Assembly: GCA_034434975.1 (NCBI GenBank)
Contig: DAOTYP010000156.1
Coordinates: 1 to 47,285, forward strand
DNA length: 47,285 nucleotides
Source: Anaerolineae bacterium
Lineage (GTDB): Bacteria > Chloroflexota > Anaerolineae > JADYZS01
Direction of reading: 5' to 3'
The notes under the pieces were generated by a model, which searched no databases, was not told where the DNA came from, and saw nothing but the letters and a program-made list of their open reading frames with translations. The position numbers and the translations under genes are program-made. Below are positions 28,057 to 36,351 of the stretch, piece by piece (the stretch's first letter is position 1; each line of letters opens with the position of its first letter).

Positions 28057-29061
28057 CTAAGCCCTGTGCGTAGCCGGCGACTCCAACCAACGCCGCCGCC
28101 GATCGCCGTAAAAGACCAAGGTAGCCGCCACCAAGCCGCTCCCGATGTAGGCGTTGCCGATGATGCTCACGACCAAGCCCCACAGCGTCGCGCTGAGGCG
28201 CTGCCAGATGACGGAGAAGCCCGTGTTCAAGAAGAAGCCGAGGAGGATCAGGCCGATGGTGGACCAGAAGTTGCGCCCCACGATGTTGACGCTGCGCCAG
28301 ATGGCCGCGCTGACCCCTACCTCATCCAGGATGATGGCCGGCACGGCGAAGAAGAGCGCGAGGGAGAGCCAGACCGCTACCCAAACGCCCAGGAGGAGAA
28401 GCAAACTGGCGCCGAAGGCCGCCGCGCCCGGCGCAAACAGGCTCAACAAGGCCAGAAGGAGGGCCAGAGGCAGGGCTATGGCAATCCCAGCCATGAAGAG
28501 CCCACCGCTGAGGCCGACCAGCCTCAGCCAGGTGCGCCCCGCGCGCCTCAGGAAGCGCGGCGCCGGTTCACCGCGCACCTTCTGGCCGATGAACCCCACG
28601 TAGATGCCGCCGATCAGGAGGCCAGCCAAGATTAGGAGGACGGCCAGGCCCAACGCCTCTGCCAGGCCCCTCACATCCACCACCGGCCCGCTGCCCCAGA
28701 CGAAGGCGGACAGGTCTGGCCCTTGCCCGGCGATGAGGCTGGGGATGCCCAGCAGGCCGTTGGCCAGGAGGGAGAGGAGGTTCAGGCGTTCGGCCGTCTG
28801 CTCCAGGAGTTGGCGGCTCAGTTCGCTCGCCTGCTGATATTCGGGCGAGGCCGCCGCGGTCGCCGACATCGCCGAAAGGAGCGGTGCCAGCAGCCCCCGG
28901 ATGGAGAGTTTAGGGCCCAGCCAAAGCCCTACATCTAGCAAGATGGGCAGCGCGATCAACCAAGGGTTGCGGCTGACCACGGCGAAGCCGGCCGAGACGG
29001 AATCTATGACGCCCAGGCGAGGTTGCTCAGCGGTGCGATTCATGGCCGTATTGTACCACAT
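28057..29061 (-). CDS. hypothetical polytopic membrane protein
   Basis: 334-aa ORF with at least 6 hydrophobic segments. No family recognised. Alternative ATG at 29043. Confidence 0.55.
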   Translation of the reverse strand: MWYNTAMNRTAEQPRLGVIDSVSAGFAVVSRNPWLIALPILLDVGLWLGPKLSIRGLLAPLLSAMSATAAASPEYQQASELSRQLLEQTAERLNLLSLLANGLLGIPSLIAGQGPDLSAFVWGSGPVVDVRGLAEALGLAVLLILAGLLIGGIYVGFIGQKVRGEPAPRFLRRAGRTWLRLVGLSGGLFMAGIAIALPLALLLALLSLFAPGAAAFGASLLLLLGVWVAVWLSLALFFAVPAIILDEVGVSAAIWRSVNIVGRNFWSTIGLILLGFFLNTGFSVIWQRLSATLWGLVVSIIGNAYIGSGLVAATLVFYGDRRRRWLESPATHRA

Positions 29062-29132
29062 TTTGGCCTGACCGAGAAATGCACAGCGCAGCCTCTTAGA
29101 ATAAATGTTCCGTCATGGGCATTCAGGCGTCG

Positions 29133-29161
29133 TTGACAAATCCGCGGTCAGATGGTATCCT
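29133..29161 (+). promoter_or_regulatory. sigma-70-type promoter upstream of the DNA methyltransferase gene
   Basis: TTGACA (29133-29138), 17 nt, TATCCT (29156-29161), preceded by TGg. Located in the AT-richer divergent spacer. Confidence 0.5.
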
Positions 29162-29187
29162 TTTCCTGAGCCGCAAGATGAGCGCGC

Positions 29188-31254
29188 GTGGTTTCCCGCA
29201 GAGGCCCAGGCGGTGCGCCGGAGATGATGAGAAGCGACCTTGCCGCGCAACCCTCAGGTTCGTCCGTCCTCCCCCCTAGCCTTCCCGAGGTCTTCAAGCG
29301 GGTTTACTACCATCTCTACAGCAACAGCAACCTCCCGCGGGCCGAACGGCTTGCGGCCGAGATGGTGCGGCTCATCTTCTGCAAACTGTACGATGAGAGG
29401 AACGGTGGGAAACGGGAGTTCAGGGCAGAACCGCACGAGGGTGAGGACGAGATCGGGAGAAGGGTCAGGGGGCTTTTTGAGAAGATGAAAGGCGCCCATC
29501 CCGACGTGTTTGACGGAGATGAAAGGCTGCGCCTGGATGATCCGTCGCTGGCCTATGTGGTGGGCGCGCTGCAGGGTTGCGCCCTCGCCGAGGCCGAGCG
29601 GGACGCGATCGGCGAGGCGTTTCAGGCGATCCTGGGGCCTGGGCTGCGCGGGGAGAAGGGCCAGTTCTTCACCCCCAGGAACGTGGTCAAGATGTGCGTC
29701 GCCATGCTAGATCCTAGGCCGGGGGAGAGGATCATAGACCCTGCCTGCGGCTCCGGCGGCTTCCTCGTAGAGGTTTTATCCCACCTTAAAGGGAAAGGGT
29801 CTGACGGCATCTATGGCGTGGATAAAGAGAGGGACTTGGCGAAACTCTGCCAAGCATACATGGCGGTCATGGGGGGCCGGGCGCGCATCTTCTGCGCCGA
29901 TTCCCTGGCACCGGAATCTTGGCCGCCGACCTTGCGAGAGGTCGTCGCCGATGAAAGTTACGATGTGGTGCTGACCAACCCACCGTTTGGGGCGAAGATC
30001 TTCGTGGACGACGGGAAGGTCTTGCAGCGCTACGCCCTGGGGCGCGCCTGGGTGAAGAGGCGATCCGGCCGTTGGGAAGCCACAGAGACGGTTCGCCGAC
30101 AGGCGCTGCAGATCCTGTTCATTGAAAGGTGTCTCCAGTTGCTGAAGCCAGGCGGGAGGATGGCGATCGTCCTGCCCGACGGAGTCTTCGGCAACCCCAG
30201 CGATCGCTACATCTGGGAGTTCATCCTGGAGAAAGCCAGGGTGCTCGCGGTGGTCAGCCTGGCGCCTGAGACCTTCCTGCCCGGCACCCACACGAAGACG
30301 AGCGTCCTCTTTTTAGAGAAGGGCGCGCGCGGCGGTCGGGACCACGAGATCTTCATGGCCATCGCCCGCAAGGTCGGGCATGACAAGAACGGCAAACTCA
30401 TCTACAGGAGAGATGCCCAGGGGAACTACATCCTGGATCGCGAGGGGAGGAGGATCCCCGACGACGACCTTCCCCTCATCGCCGCCAGGTATCGGGAATA
30501 TGTGGGGAAGGGGCGCGTGGCGCAGGAAAGCCATCTCGGCTTCATCGTGAGGTCCTCCGCCATCGTCCACCATACCTTCATCCCCGGCTACTACGATCCG
30601 GAGATTAAGGAGACGCTGAAGGCACTGGAGAGGACCGGCCGCTACCGTCTGGCGACGATCCGGGAGTTGGTGGAGCAGGGGCTCATCTCCATCCGGAGGG
30701 GGCACGAGGTCGGCTCACGATACTACGGCCTCGGAGAGATCCCCTTCGTGAGGACCTCCGACATCGTCAACTGGGAGATCAAAGTAGATCCGGTCAAGAG
30801 CATCCCCGAAGGGGTGTACGAGGCGTACAGAAGAAAGCAGGACGTGCGCGAGGACGACATCCTGTTGGTGACCGATGGGACGTTCCTCATCGGGCGGACG
30901 GCGATCGTCACCGCGGCGGATAAGAAACTGGTGATTCAGAGCCACATCCGGCGCCTCCGGTGTTTGAGGCCCGACGAACTGCACCCTTACCTTCTTCTTT
31001 ACCTGCTGAATACCGAGGTTGTGCAGAGGCAGATGGAGGAAAAAACCTTCGTGCAGGCTACGATCTCTACCATAGGCGACAGGCTCTACGAGGTGGTGCT
31101 TCCCATCCCGACCGATCTCCAGGCCATCGGCAGGATCGTCGGCGAGGTCTCTGCGATCGTGCAGATGAAGGTGGCGGCCAAGGCGAGGATGGAGAGCCTG
31201 TTGAGGGAGGGGAGATGCGCGCCGACCGAAACCCAGGTCGTGTCCGCCACCTAG
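29188..31254 (+). CDS. N6-adenine DNA methyltransferase (gamma-class, HsdM-like) fused to a single HsdS-type target recognition domain
   Basis: FFTPRNVVKMCVAMLDPRPGERIIDPACGSGGFLVE (motifs X and I) and VVLTNPPFGAKI (motif IV). The C-terminal region from about residue 490 to 680 (GEIPFVRTSDI...EDDILLVTDGTFLIGRTAIV...LHPYLLLYLLNT...) is Methylase_S/TRD-like. The start is uncertain: GTG 29188, or ATG 29224 or 29227. Confidence 0.85.
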   Translation: MVSRRGPGGAPEMMRSDLAAQPSGSSVLPPSLPEVFKRVYYHLYSNSNLPRAERLAAEMVRLIFCKLYDERNGGKREFRAEPHEGEDEIGRRVRGLFEKMKGAHPDVFDGDERLRLDDPSLAYVVGALQGCALAEAERDAIGEAFQAILGPGLRGEKGQFFTPRNVVKMCVAMLDPRPGERIIDPACGSGGFLVEVLSHLKGKGSDGIYGVDKERDLAKLCQAYMAVMGGRARIFCADSLAPESWPPTLREVVADESYDVVLTNPPFGAKIFVDDGKVLQRYALGRAWVKRRSGRWEATETVRRQALQILFIERCLQLLKPGGRMAIVLPDGVFGNPSDRYIWEFILEKARVLAVVSLAPETFLPGTHTKTSVLFLEKGARGGRDHEIFMAIARKVGHDKNGKLIYRRDAQGNYILDREGRRIPDDDLPLIAARYREYVGKGRVAQESHLGFIVRSSAIVHHTFIPGYYDPEIKETLKALERTGRYRLATIRELVEQGLISIRRGHEVGSRYYGLGEIPFVRTSDIVNWEIKVDPVKSIPEGVYEAYRRKQDVREDDILLVTDGTFLIGRTAIVTAADKKLVIQSHIRRLRCLRPDELHPYLLLYLLNTEVVQRQMEEKTFVQATISTIGDRLYEVVLPIPTDLQAIGRIVGEVSAIVQMKVAAKARMESLLREGRCAPTETQVVSAT

Positions 31255-31302
31255 TTGACGAGAGGGCTGATCTCGGAGGCATTCTTTTCAGGAGGCGCAT
31301 TC

Positions 31303-32613
31303 ATGGCTATGACGACGACGCCCGCGGCGCGGGCAGTTTCGGAGGGGTTCCTACCTTGGGATGAGCAGCCGGACCCGCGCGCCATCCTGCGCGCGCAAGA
31401 CCCCGAGGTCTTCGCGGCCATAGAGGGGGAACGGCGCCGCCAGGCGGAAGGGATTGAACTGATCGCGTCGGAGAACTATGTCAGCCCCGCGGTGTTGGCC
31501 GCGGCAGGCTGCGTGATGACGAACAAATATGCCGAGGGATTGCCGGGGGCGCGCTACTACGGCGGCTGCGAGTGGGTAGATGTGGTGGAGAACTTGGCCA
31601 TTGAGCGGGCCAAGAGGCTCTTCGGGGCCGAGCACGCGAACGTTCAGCCGCACTCCGGCGCGCAGGCCAACGCCGCCGCGTATCTGGCCTTGCTCCAGCC
31701 GGGCGATACGGTGCTGGCGATGAAATTGGCTCACGGTGGCCACTTGACCCACGGCACGAAGATCAACGCCTCCGGCATCTTCTACAACTTCGTGCACTAC
31801 GGCGTCAGCCAGGCTACGGAGCGGATTGACTACGACGAGGTGGAGGCGTTGGCCCTGGCGCACAAGCCCAAACTGATCGTGGCGGGCGCGAGCGCCTACC
31901 CTCGCATCATAGATTTCCCGCGCCTCCGGCAGATCGCCGACCGGGTGGGCGCGCGCCTGATGGTGGACATGGCCCACATTGCCGGCTTGGTCGCCGCGGG
32001 GCTTCATCCTAGCCCCATCCCTTACTGCGACGTGGTGACGACGACCACCCACAAGACCTTGCGTGGGCCGCGCGGCGGCGCCATCTTCTGCAAGGCCGAG
32101 TGGGCGAAAGCGGTGGATAAGGCGGTCTTCCCCGGTCAGCAAGGGGGGCCGCTCATGCACATCATCGCGGCCAAGGCGGTGGCCTTCGGCGAGGCGTTGC
32201 GTCCGGAATTCCGGGCCTACCAGCAGCGGGTTCTGGACAACGCCCAAGCCCTGGCGGCCGAGTTGGCCGCGCAGGGGATGCGCCTCGTCTCCGGCGGGAC
32301 GGACAACCATTTGATCTTGGTAGACCTGCGCCCCATCGGCGTCACGGGCCAGGATGCGGAGGACGCGCTGGGGGCGGCCGCGATCACGGTCAACAAGAAC
32401 ATGATCCCCTACGATCCGCAACCGGCCAGGATCACGAGCGGCATCCGCGTGGGGACGCCTGCGGTGACGACGCGCGGCCTCGGTCCGGAGGAGATGCGCC
32501 AGGTGGGGCGCTGGATGGGACGCGTCCTCAAACAGGTGGGCGATGAGGCCGTGCGGCGCGAGGTGCGGCAGGAGGTGTTGGCCCTCTGTCGTCGCTTCCC
32601 TGTGCCCGCCTAA
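31303..32613 (+). CDS. glyA: serine hydroxymethyltransferase
   Basis: ATG at 31303 after [51 protein letters not shown] (PLP lysine). Confidence 0.97.
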   Translation: MAMTTTPAARAVSEGFLPWDEQPDPRAILRAQDPEVFAAIEGERRRQAEGIELIASENYVSPAVLAAAGCVMTNKYAEGLPGARYYGGCEWVDVVENLAIERAKRLFGAEHANVQPHSGAQANAAAYLALLQPGDTVLAMKLAHGGHLTHGTKINASGIFYNFVHYGVSQATERIDYDEVEALALAHKPKLIVAGASAYPRIIDFPRLRQIADRVGARLMVDMAHIAGLVAAGLHPSPIPYCDVVTTTTHKTLRGPRGGAIFCKAEWAKAVDKAVFPGQQGGPLMHIIAAKAVAFGEALRPEFRAYQQRVLDNAQALAAELAAQGMRLVSGGTDNHLILVDLRPIGVTGQDAEDALGAAAITVNKNMIPYDPQPARITSGIRVGTPAVTTRGLGPEEMRQVGRWMGRVLKQVGDEAVRREVRQEVLALCRRFPVPA

Positions 32614-32728
32614 CCCCAAAACGAAGGCGGCGTTCATTACAGGCCGCTTTCAAGGCATCTTCAGCCACATCTGCAATGAAACGGACGCGAACCGTAAGGA
32701 ATTCGTCAGAAATGATGTCCGTGTTCGG

Positions 32729-32737
32729 TGGTATAAT
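32729..32737 (+). promoter_or_regulatory. extended -10 promoter element (TGgTATAAT)
   Basis: A perfect TATAAT at 32732-32737, preceded by TGg. There is no convincing -35 element. It sits about 140 nt upstream of the 32880 ATG. Confidence 0.45.
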
Positions 32738-32742
32738 AGAGG

Positions 32743-32879
32743 AGGACGGCTACCAAAACCGCACCCTCTTTATTGGGGCCCGACATCCGGCAATTCGCAC
32801 GCGTTCATCCAAAGGAGGTGAGGAAAAGGTCAGCAGCCGTCCTTGCCGGTTCATGGGTTGAACGAGGAGGTATGAAACC
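32743..32879 (+). promoter_or_regulatory. structured 5' leader of unknown class
   Basis: Three pairings are seen. AGGACGGCT (32743-32751) pairs with AGCCGTCCT (32835-32843). CACCCTCTTT (32762-32771) pairs with the SD-like AAAGGAGGTG (32811-32820), 9 of 10 positions. CCGGCAA (32787-32793) pairs with TTGCCGG (32843-32849). The third is adjacent to, and mutually exclusive or pseudoknotted with, the first helix. Confidence 0.4.
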
Positions 32880-33386
32880 ATGAAGAGGCTCGCCTTCGCG
32901 CTCGTTGTCCTTTTCCTCTTGGCGTCCCCTACGCTGGCTATGGCGTCCGGAGGGTTTGACGAATTCGGCTACAACTACCGGGCTCGCATCTTTGCTGGGC
33001 CGGCCGATGGGGTGGACCGTGTGTGGGATGGCAAGGTCTGGGGTGATCCCACCTATGCCAACGACCGTTTAGTCATGAAGTGGTCAAAAGCATGGGACGA
33101 CGCCCGCTTCCATGGCGCTCCTTGGACGCCGGAGGCCTGGGTCGACAATCAGTGGAACGGTCAGGTCCCAGGCGGGAGCGGCGAGGTCTGGCATTACAAG
33201 ATCATCTGGGTTGGTCCTGAACTCCAAAACAGCCCCTACTGGCGAGAAGGAGGCTATCCCATCTGGGGGCAGTTTGAGGTGATCATGGACCACGGGGTTT
33301 CGGATTTCGCGTACTGCGAGCCGAACGGAGGTGGGCATCAGTGGTGCGCCCACGCCCTTCCTAGCGGCTACGGTGTGTACCCATAG
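32880..33386 (+). CDS. secreted Trp-rich hypothetical protein
   Basis: GAGGAGG RBS. Signal peptide MKRLAFALVVLFLLASPTLAMA. The mature part is rich in Trp, Gly and Asp (WDGKVWGDP, WSKAWDD, WTPEAWVDNQWNG, WHYKIIW). No family recognised. Confidence 0.65.
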   Translation: MKRLAFALVVLFLLASPTLAMASGGFDEFGYNYRARIFAGPADGVDRVWDGKVWGDPTYANDRLVMKWSKAWDDARFHGAPWTPEAWVDNQWNGQVPGGSGEVWHYKIIWVGPELQNSPYWREGGYPIWGQFEVIMDHGVSDFAYCEPNGGGHQWCAHALPSGYGVYP

Positions 33387-33415
33387 GGCAAGATCGCCTC
33401 GCTGATGGTGGTCCT

Positions 33416-33452
33416 AAAAGAGCCAGGGCCTATTATAGGCCTTGGCTCTTTT
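33416..33452. terminator. bidirectional intrinsic terminator between the convergent secreted-protein gene and folC
   Basis: AAAAGAGCCAGGGCC, loop TATTATA, GGCCTTGGCTCTTTT. The stem is 12 bp with one G-U pair, with an A-tract on the left and a T-tract on the right. Confidence 0.85.
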
Positions 33453-33501
33453 GCGGTCGGGAAATGTGCGGCGTCAAGACGCTGGTGGAACTTCAGAGGG
33501 T

Positions 33502-34947
33502 CTAGCGCATGGCAGCGGTAACCGTCTCCGCCATGCGCGCCCAATCGTCGGCGGGGAGCGATTGGGGGTAGCGGGCGAGCCAAGCCTCGCGCGCCTCGGC
33601 GACGACGAACAGGGAGCCGGTGGCGCACACGATCTCGTCCGCGCGGGCCGCATCCAAGGCCTCGGCCAGCGCCTCCGCCACGGAGTGGGTGACCCGCAGG
33701 TCCGATGGCCGGGCCGGGTGCGTCTCCGCCAGGGAGGCCAACGTCGCCGGGTCCGCCGCGCGAGGGTGGCGCGAGCGCGTAACGATGGCCACGCGAGCGA
33801 TGGGCAACAAGTGATGCAGCATCCCCGGGATGTCTTTGTCGGAGGATGCGCCGAAGACGAGCACCAGGCCGCGGCCGGGGAACCATTCGGCCAGCGCCTC
33901 CTGCAGCTTCAAGGCCGAGTCGGCGTTTTGCGCGCCGTCCACCACCACCGGTGGGTCGCCGTCGGTAGGGCGCAGGACCTCCATGCGTCCCGGCCAGCGC
34001 ACCGACGCCAGCCCGCGCCGCACCGCCTCATCCGGCAGCCGAACCCCGTGCTGTCGCAGGATATCCAGCACAGCCAGGACGCCGGTGGCGTTGGCCAACT
34101 GATGCCGCCCTAAGAGGGGTATCCAATAGTCGCCGCCGGCCTCCGGCGTGAAGGCCTCGCGGCCATCGTCGGAGAAAGGCCTTGCCGCGGGGAACGGCGT
34201 CCGTTTGCGCGCGCGGAAGGATTGGCCTCGCAGGTCCGCCGCGCCCTGCTCCCAGACCCAATCGCGCCCGACCAAGGTGAGGGGGGCGCGCCGTGCGCGG
34301 CACACCTCTTCAATGACCTCCCTGGCCTCGTCCTCCTGGGGCGCGCTGACCACCGGTATCCCCGGCTTGATGATGCCGGCCTTCTCGCGTGCGATCTGGC
34401 TGAGAGTATTCCCCAGCACGTCCGTATGGTCGTAACTGATGGAGGCGATGGCACAGGCCTCCGGCAGGATCACGTTGGTAGCATCCAGGCGCCCACCTAG
34501 GCCGACCTCTACCACGGCCCATTCCACGTTTTGCTGCGCGAAGTAGGCGAAGGCGATGGCCGTGATGCTCTCAAAGGTGGTGACGCCGGGGGTCGCATCC
34601 AGCGCGGCCCGGCAGCGCGAGACGACGTCGGCCAAGGCCTCCGGGGAGATCGGCTGACCGTTCACCTGAATGCGCTCACGGAAACTGTGCAGGTGGGGCG
34701 AGGTGTAGAGCCCTGTGCGGTAGCCCGCCGCCCGCAAGCACGACTCAATCATCGCCGCGGTGGAGCCCTTGCCCCGCGTGCCAGCGATGTGGACCGAGCG
34801 GAAGCGGCGGTGCGGATCGTTTAGGCGGGACAGGAGGTCCGCCACCCGCTTAAGGTTCCACGTCTCCTCGCCGTAGATGTAGTGAACTTTATGCTCGTAG
34901 TTGACGAAGCGGTAGATGTAGTCCAGCGCCTCTTTGTAGGTGAACAT
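33502..34947 (-). CDS. folC: folylpolyglutamate synthase / dihydrofolate synthase
   Basis: ATG at 34947 (GGGAGA upstream) gives MFTYKEALDYIY.... P-loop HIAGTRGKGST, and SPHLHSFRERI, are typical FolC/Mur-ligase motifs. Confidence 0.9.
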   Translation of the reverse strand: MFTYKEALDYIYRFVNYEHKVHYIYGEETWNLKRVADLLSRLNDPHRRFRSVHIAGTRGKGSTAAMIESCLRAAGYRTGLYTSPHLHSFRERIQVNGQPISPEALADVVSRCRAALDATPGVTTFESITAIAFAYFAQQNVEWAVVEVGLGGRLDATNVILPEACAIASISYDHTDVLGNTLSQIAREKAGIIKPGIPVVSAPQEDEAREVIEEVCRARRAPLTLVGRDWVWEQGAADLRGQSFRARKRTPFPAARPFSDDGREAFTPEAGGDYWIPLLGRHQLANATGVLAVLDILRQHGVRLPDEAVRRGLASVRWPGRMEVLRPTDGDPPVVVDGAQNADSALKLQEALAEWFPGRGLVLVFGASSDKDIPGMLHHLLPIARVAIVTRSRHPRAADPATLASLAETHPARPSDLRVTHSVAEALAEALDAARADEIVCATGSLFVVAEAREAWLARYPQSLPADDWARMAETVTAAMR

Positions 34948-35008
34948 ATCTTCTCCCGACGGCCGCCTCCTGCGAAGCCCCAATGTGGCTTCATCCCTTT
35001 CATAGAGC

Positions 35009-35036
35009 ATTGTAGCGCAAGGGCCCTAAAACGCAA
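35009..35036 (-). promoter_or_regulatory. candidate folC promoter
   Basis: On the minus strand: TTGCGT (35036-35031), 16 nt, TACAAT (35014-35009). Confidence 0.4.
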
Positions 35037-35328
35037 ATTGAGAAAACGCGCACCAATACGGAACCGACGCCAACCGAAGGAACAACATGGGTGCACGCAC
35101 GGTTTGTTAGAAGTCATCTCAAAATAGCGTCTGAGTAAGGTCATCAAGCAGCCCAGATGAACAAAACCAATTTCCAGCGCCTCCGATACCGGCCAAGGAA
35201 TAAAATCTCGTTGCGGACCTCTTGGTCATTCCGCATTGTCGACTGGTATCATGCCAGCGAGTACATCACCGTTTCTGTCAACGCCAAGCCGCCTGATCTG
35301 ACAAATCACGCATGCCCCCTCCGTGCGG

Positions 35329-35354
35329 GGCGCTCGCGACGTCGCGCGAGCGCC
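35329..35354. other. perfect 10-bp GC-rich palindromic hairpin just upstream of the rnz promoter
   Basis: GGCGCTCGCG, loop ACGTCG, CGCGAGCGCC. Preceded by a second small hairpin, GCCCC-CTCCGTGC-GGGGC. Confidence 0.6.
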
Positions 35355-35359
35355 TCCCT

Positions 35360-35388
35360 TTGCCCCCTCCACCTCTCTATTGTATAAT
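35360..35388 (+). promoter_or_regulatory. sigma-70-type promoter giving a leaderless or near-leaderless rnz mRNA
   Basis: TTGCCC (35360-35365), 17 nt, TATAAT (35383-35388) with TG at 35381-35382. The GTG start codon lies at 35396, 8 nt after the -10 hexamer, and no SD is present. Confidence 0.55.
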
Positions 35389-35395
35389 CCTCCCC

Positions 35396-36325
35396 GTGTT
35401 TGAGCTCATCTTCTTGGGCACCTCCGCCTCCGCGCCGTCGGTGCGCCGCGGCCTCTCGGCCGCGGTCGTCCTGTACAAGGAATACCGCTTCCTCATAGAT
35501 TGCGGCGAAGGGACGCAGCGACAACTCCTGCTCAGCGGCCTCGGCTTTCGCCGCCTGGATCGCATCCTCCTGACCCACAGCCACTTGGACCACATCTTGG
35601 GCCTAGGAGGTCTGGCTTCCACCTTTGCCCGCTGGGAGATGATCCCCCGCATGGACATCTACGGTGGGCGCAGCGCGCTGGAGCGGGTAGAAGCCCTTTT
35701 TCGCGTCGTCTTCGGCCCCGGCAAACTCCCCCTAGAGGTGGTGTACCGGGAGATCCAACCCGGCCTCCTCATGGAGGACGAGACCTTTGAGTTGCGCGTC
35801 TTTCCGGTTACGCATCGCGGGCGCGACTGCTACGGCTTCGCCTTCGTGGAGAAGGCCCGCCGGCCCTTTCTGGTGGAACGCGCCGAGGCGCTGGGCGTGC
35901 CGGCCGGGCCGGTGCGCCGACGGCTGGTGAACGGGGAAACGGTTACGCTGGAGGACGGCCGCGTGGTGAGGCCGAATGACGTATTGGGCGAGCCGGTGGA
36001 GGGGGCGAGGCTGATCTTCGTGGGCGATGCCGGTCGGACGGATGACCTCATAGAGCCGGCGCGCGGGGCCGATGCGCTGGTCATTGAGGCAACCTATTTG
36101 CAGGAGGAGGCCGAACTGGCGCGCGCCTACAATCACCTGACCGCGGCGCAGGCCGCGGAACTGGCCCGCGCCGCGCAGGTTCGCCAACTGATCCTCACCC
36201 ACATCTCCCGCCGCTACAGCGCCAAGGAGGTATTGGCCGAGGCCCGTCCCATCTTCCCCAACACGGTAGTGGCGGAGGACTTTGATCACTTCAAAATCAC
36301 GCGCAACAAACAGGGGCAGGCTTGA
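35396..36325 (+). CDS. rnz: ribonuclease Z (MBL-fold, short form)
   Basis: [22 protein letters not shown]...[13 protein letters not shown]...[17 protein letters not shown] (HxHxDH motif). The C-terminal LILTHIS is typical of RNase Z/ElaC. Confidence 0.85.
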   Translation: MFELIFLGTSASAPSVRRGLSAAVVLYKEYRFLIDCGEGTQRQLLLSGLGFRRLDRILLTHSHLDHILGLGGLASTFARWEMIPRMDIYGGRSALERVEALFRVVFGPGKLPLEVVYREIQPGLLMEDETFELRVFPVTHRGRDCYGFAFVEKARRPFLVERAEALGVPAGPVRRRLVNGETVTLEDGRVVRPNDVLGEPVEGARLIFVGDAGRTDDLIEPARGADALVIEATYLQEEAELARAYNHLTAAQAAELARAAQVRQLILTHISRRYSAKEVLAEARPIFPNTVVAEDFDHFKITRNKQGQA

Positions 36326-36351
36326 GACCTGTCCCTGAACCGGCGTCTACC

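Noticed and set aside
29062-31254. Methyltransferase locus as an integrated mobile island
   Set aside because: There is no integrase, transposase, tRNA attachment site or flanking direct repeats. Only a modest compositional difference was judged by eye.
31351-32637. 428-aa minus-strand ORF antisense to glyA
   Set aside because: It is a shadow ORF. glyA on the plus strand has the PLP-lysine motif and a good RBS.
32676-32861. 61-aa ORF within the glyA-downstream spacer
   Set aside because: It has no RBS, spans the predicted promoter and the structured leader, and its composition is unremarkable. It is more likely non-coding.
32743-32879. Assignment of the structured leader to fluoride (AAACCGC-like) or preQ1 (CCCUCU-AU) riboswitch classes
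   Set aside because: Only short fragments resemble those consensus sequences. The defining elements (the fluoride pseudoknot and CUGAUG, or the preQ1 A-rich tail) are absent.
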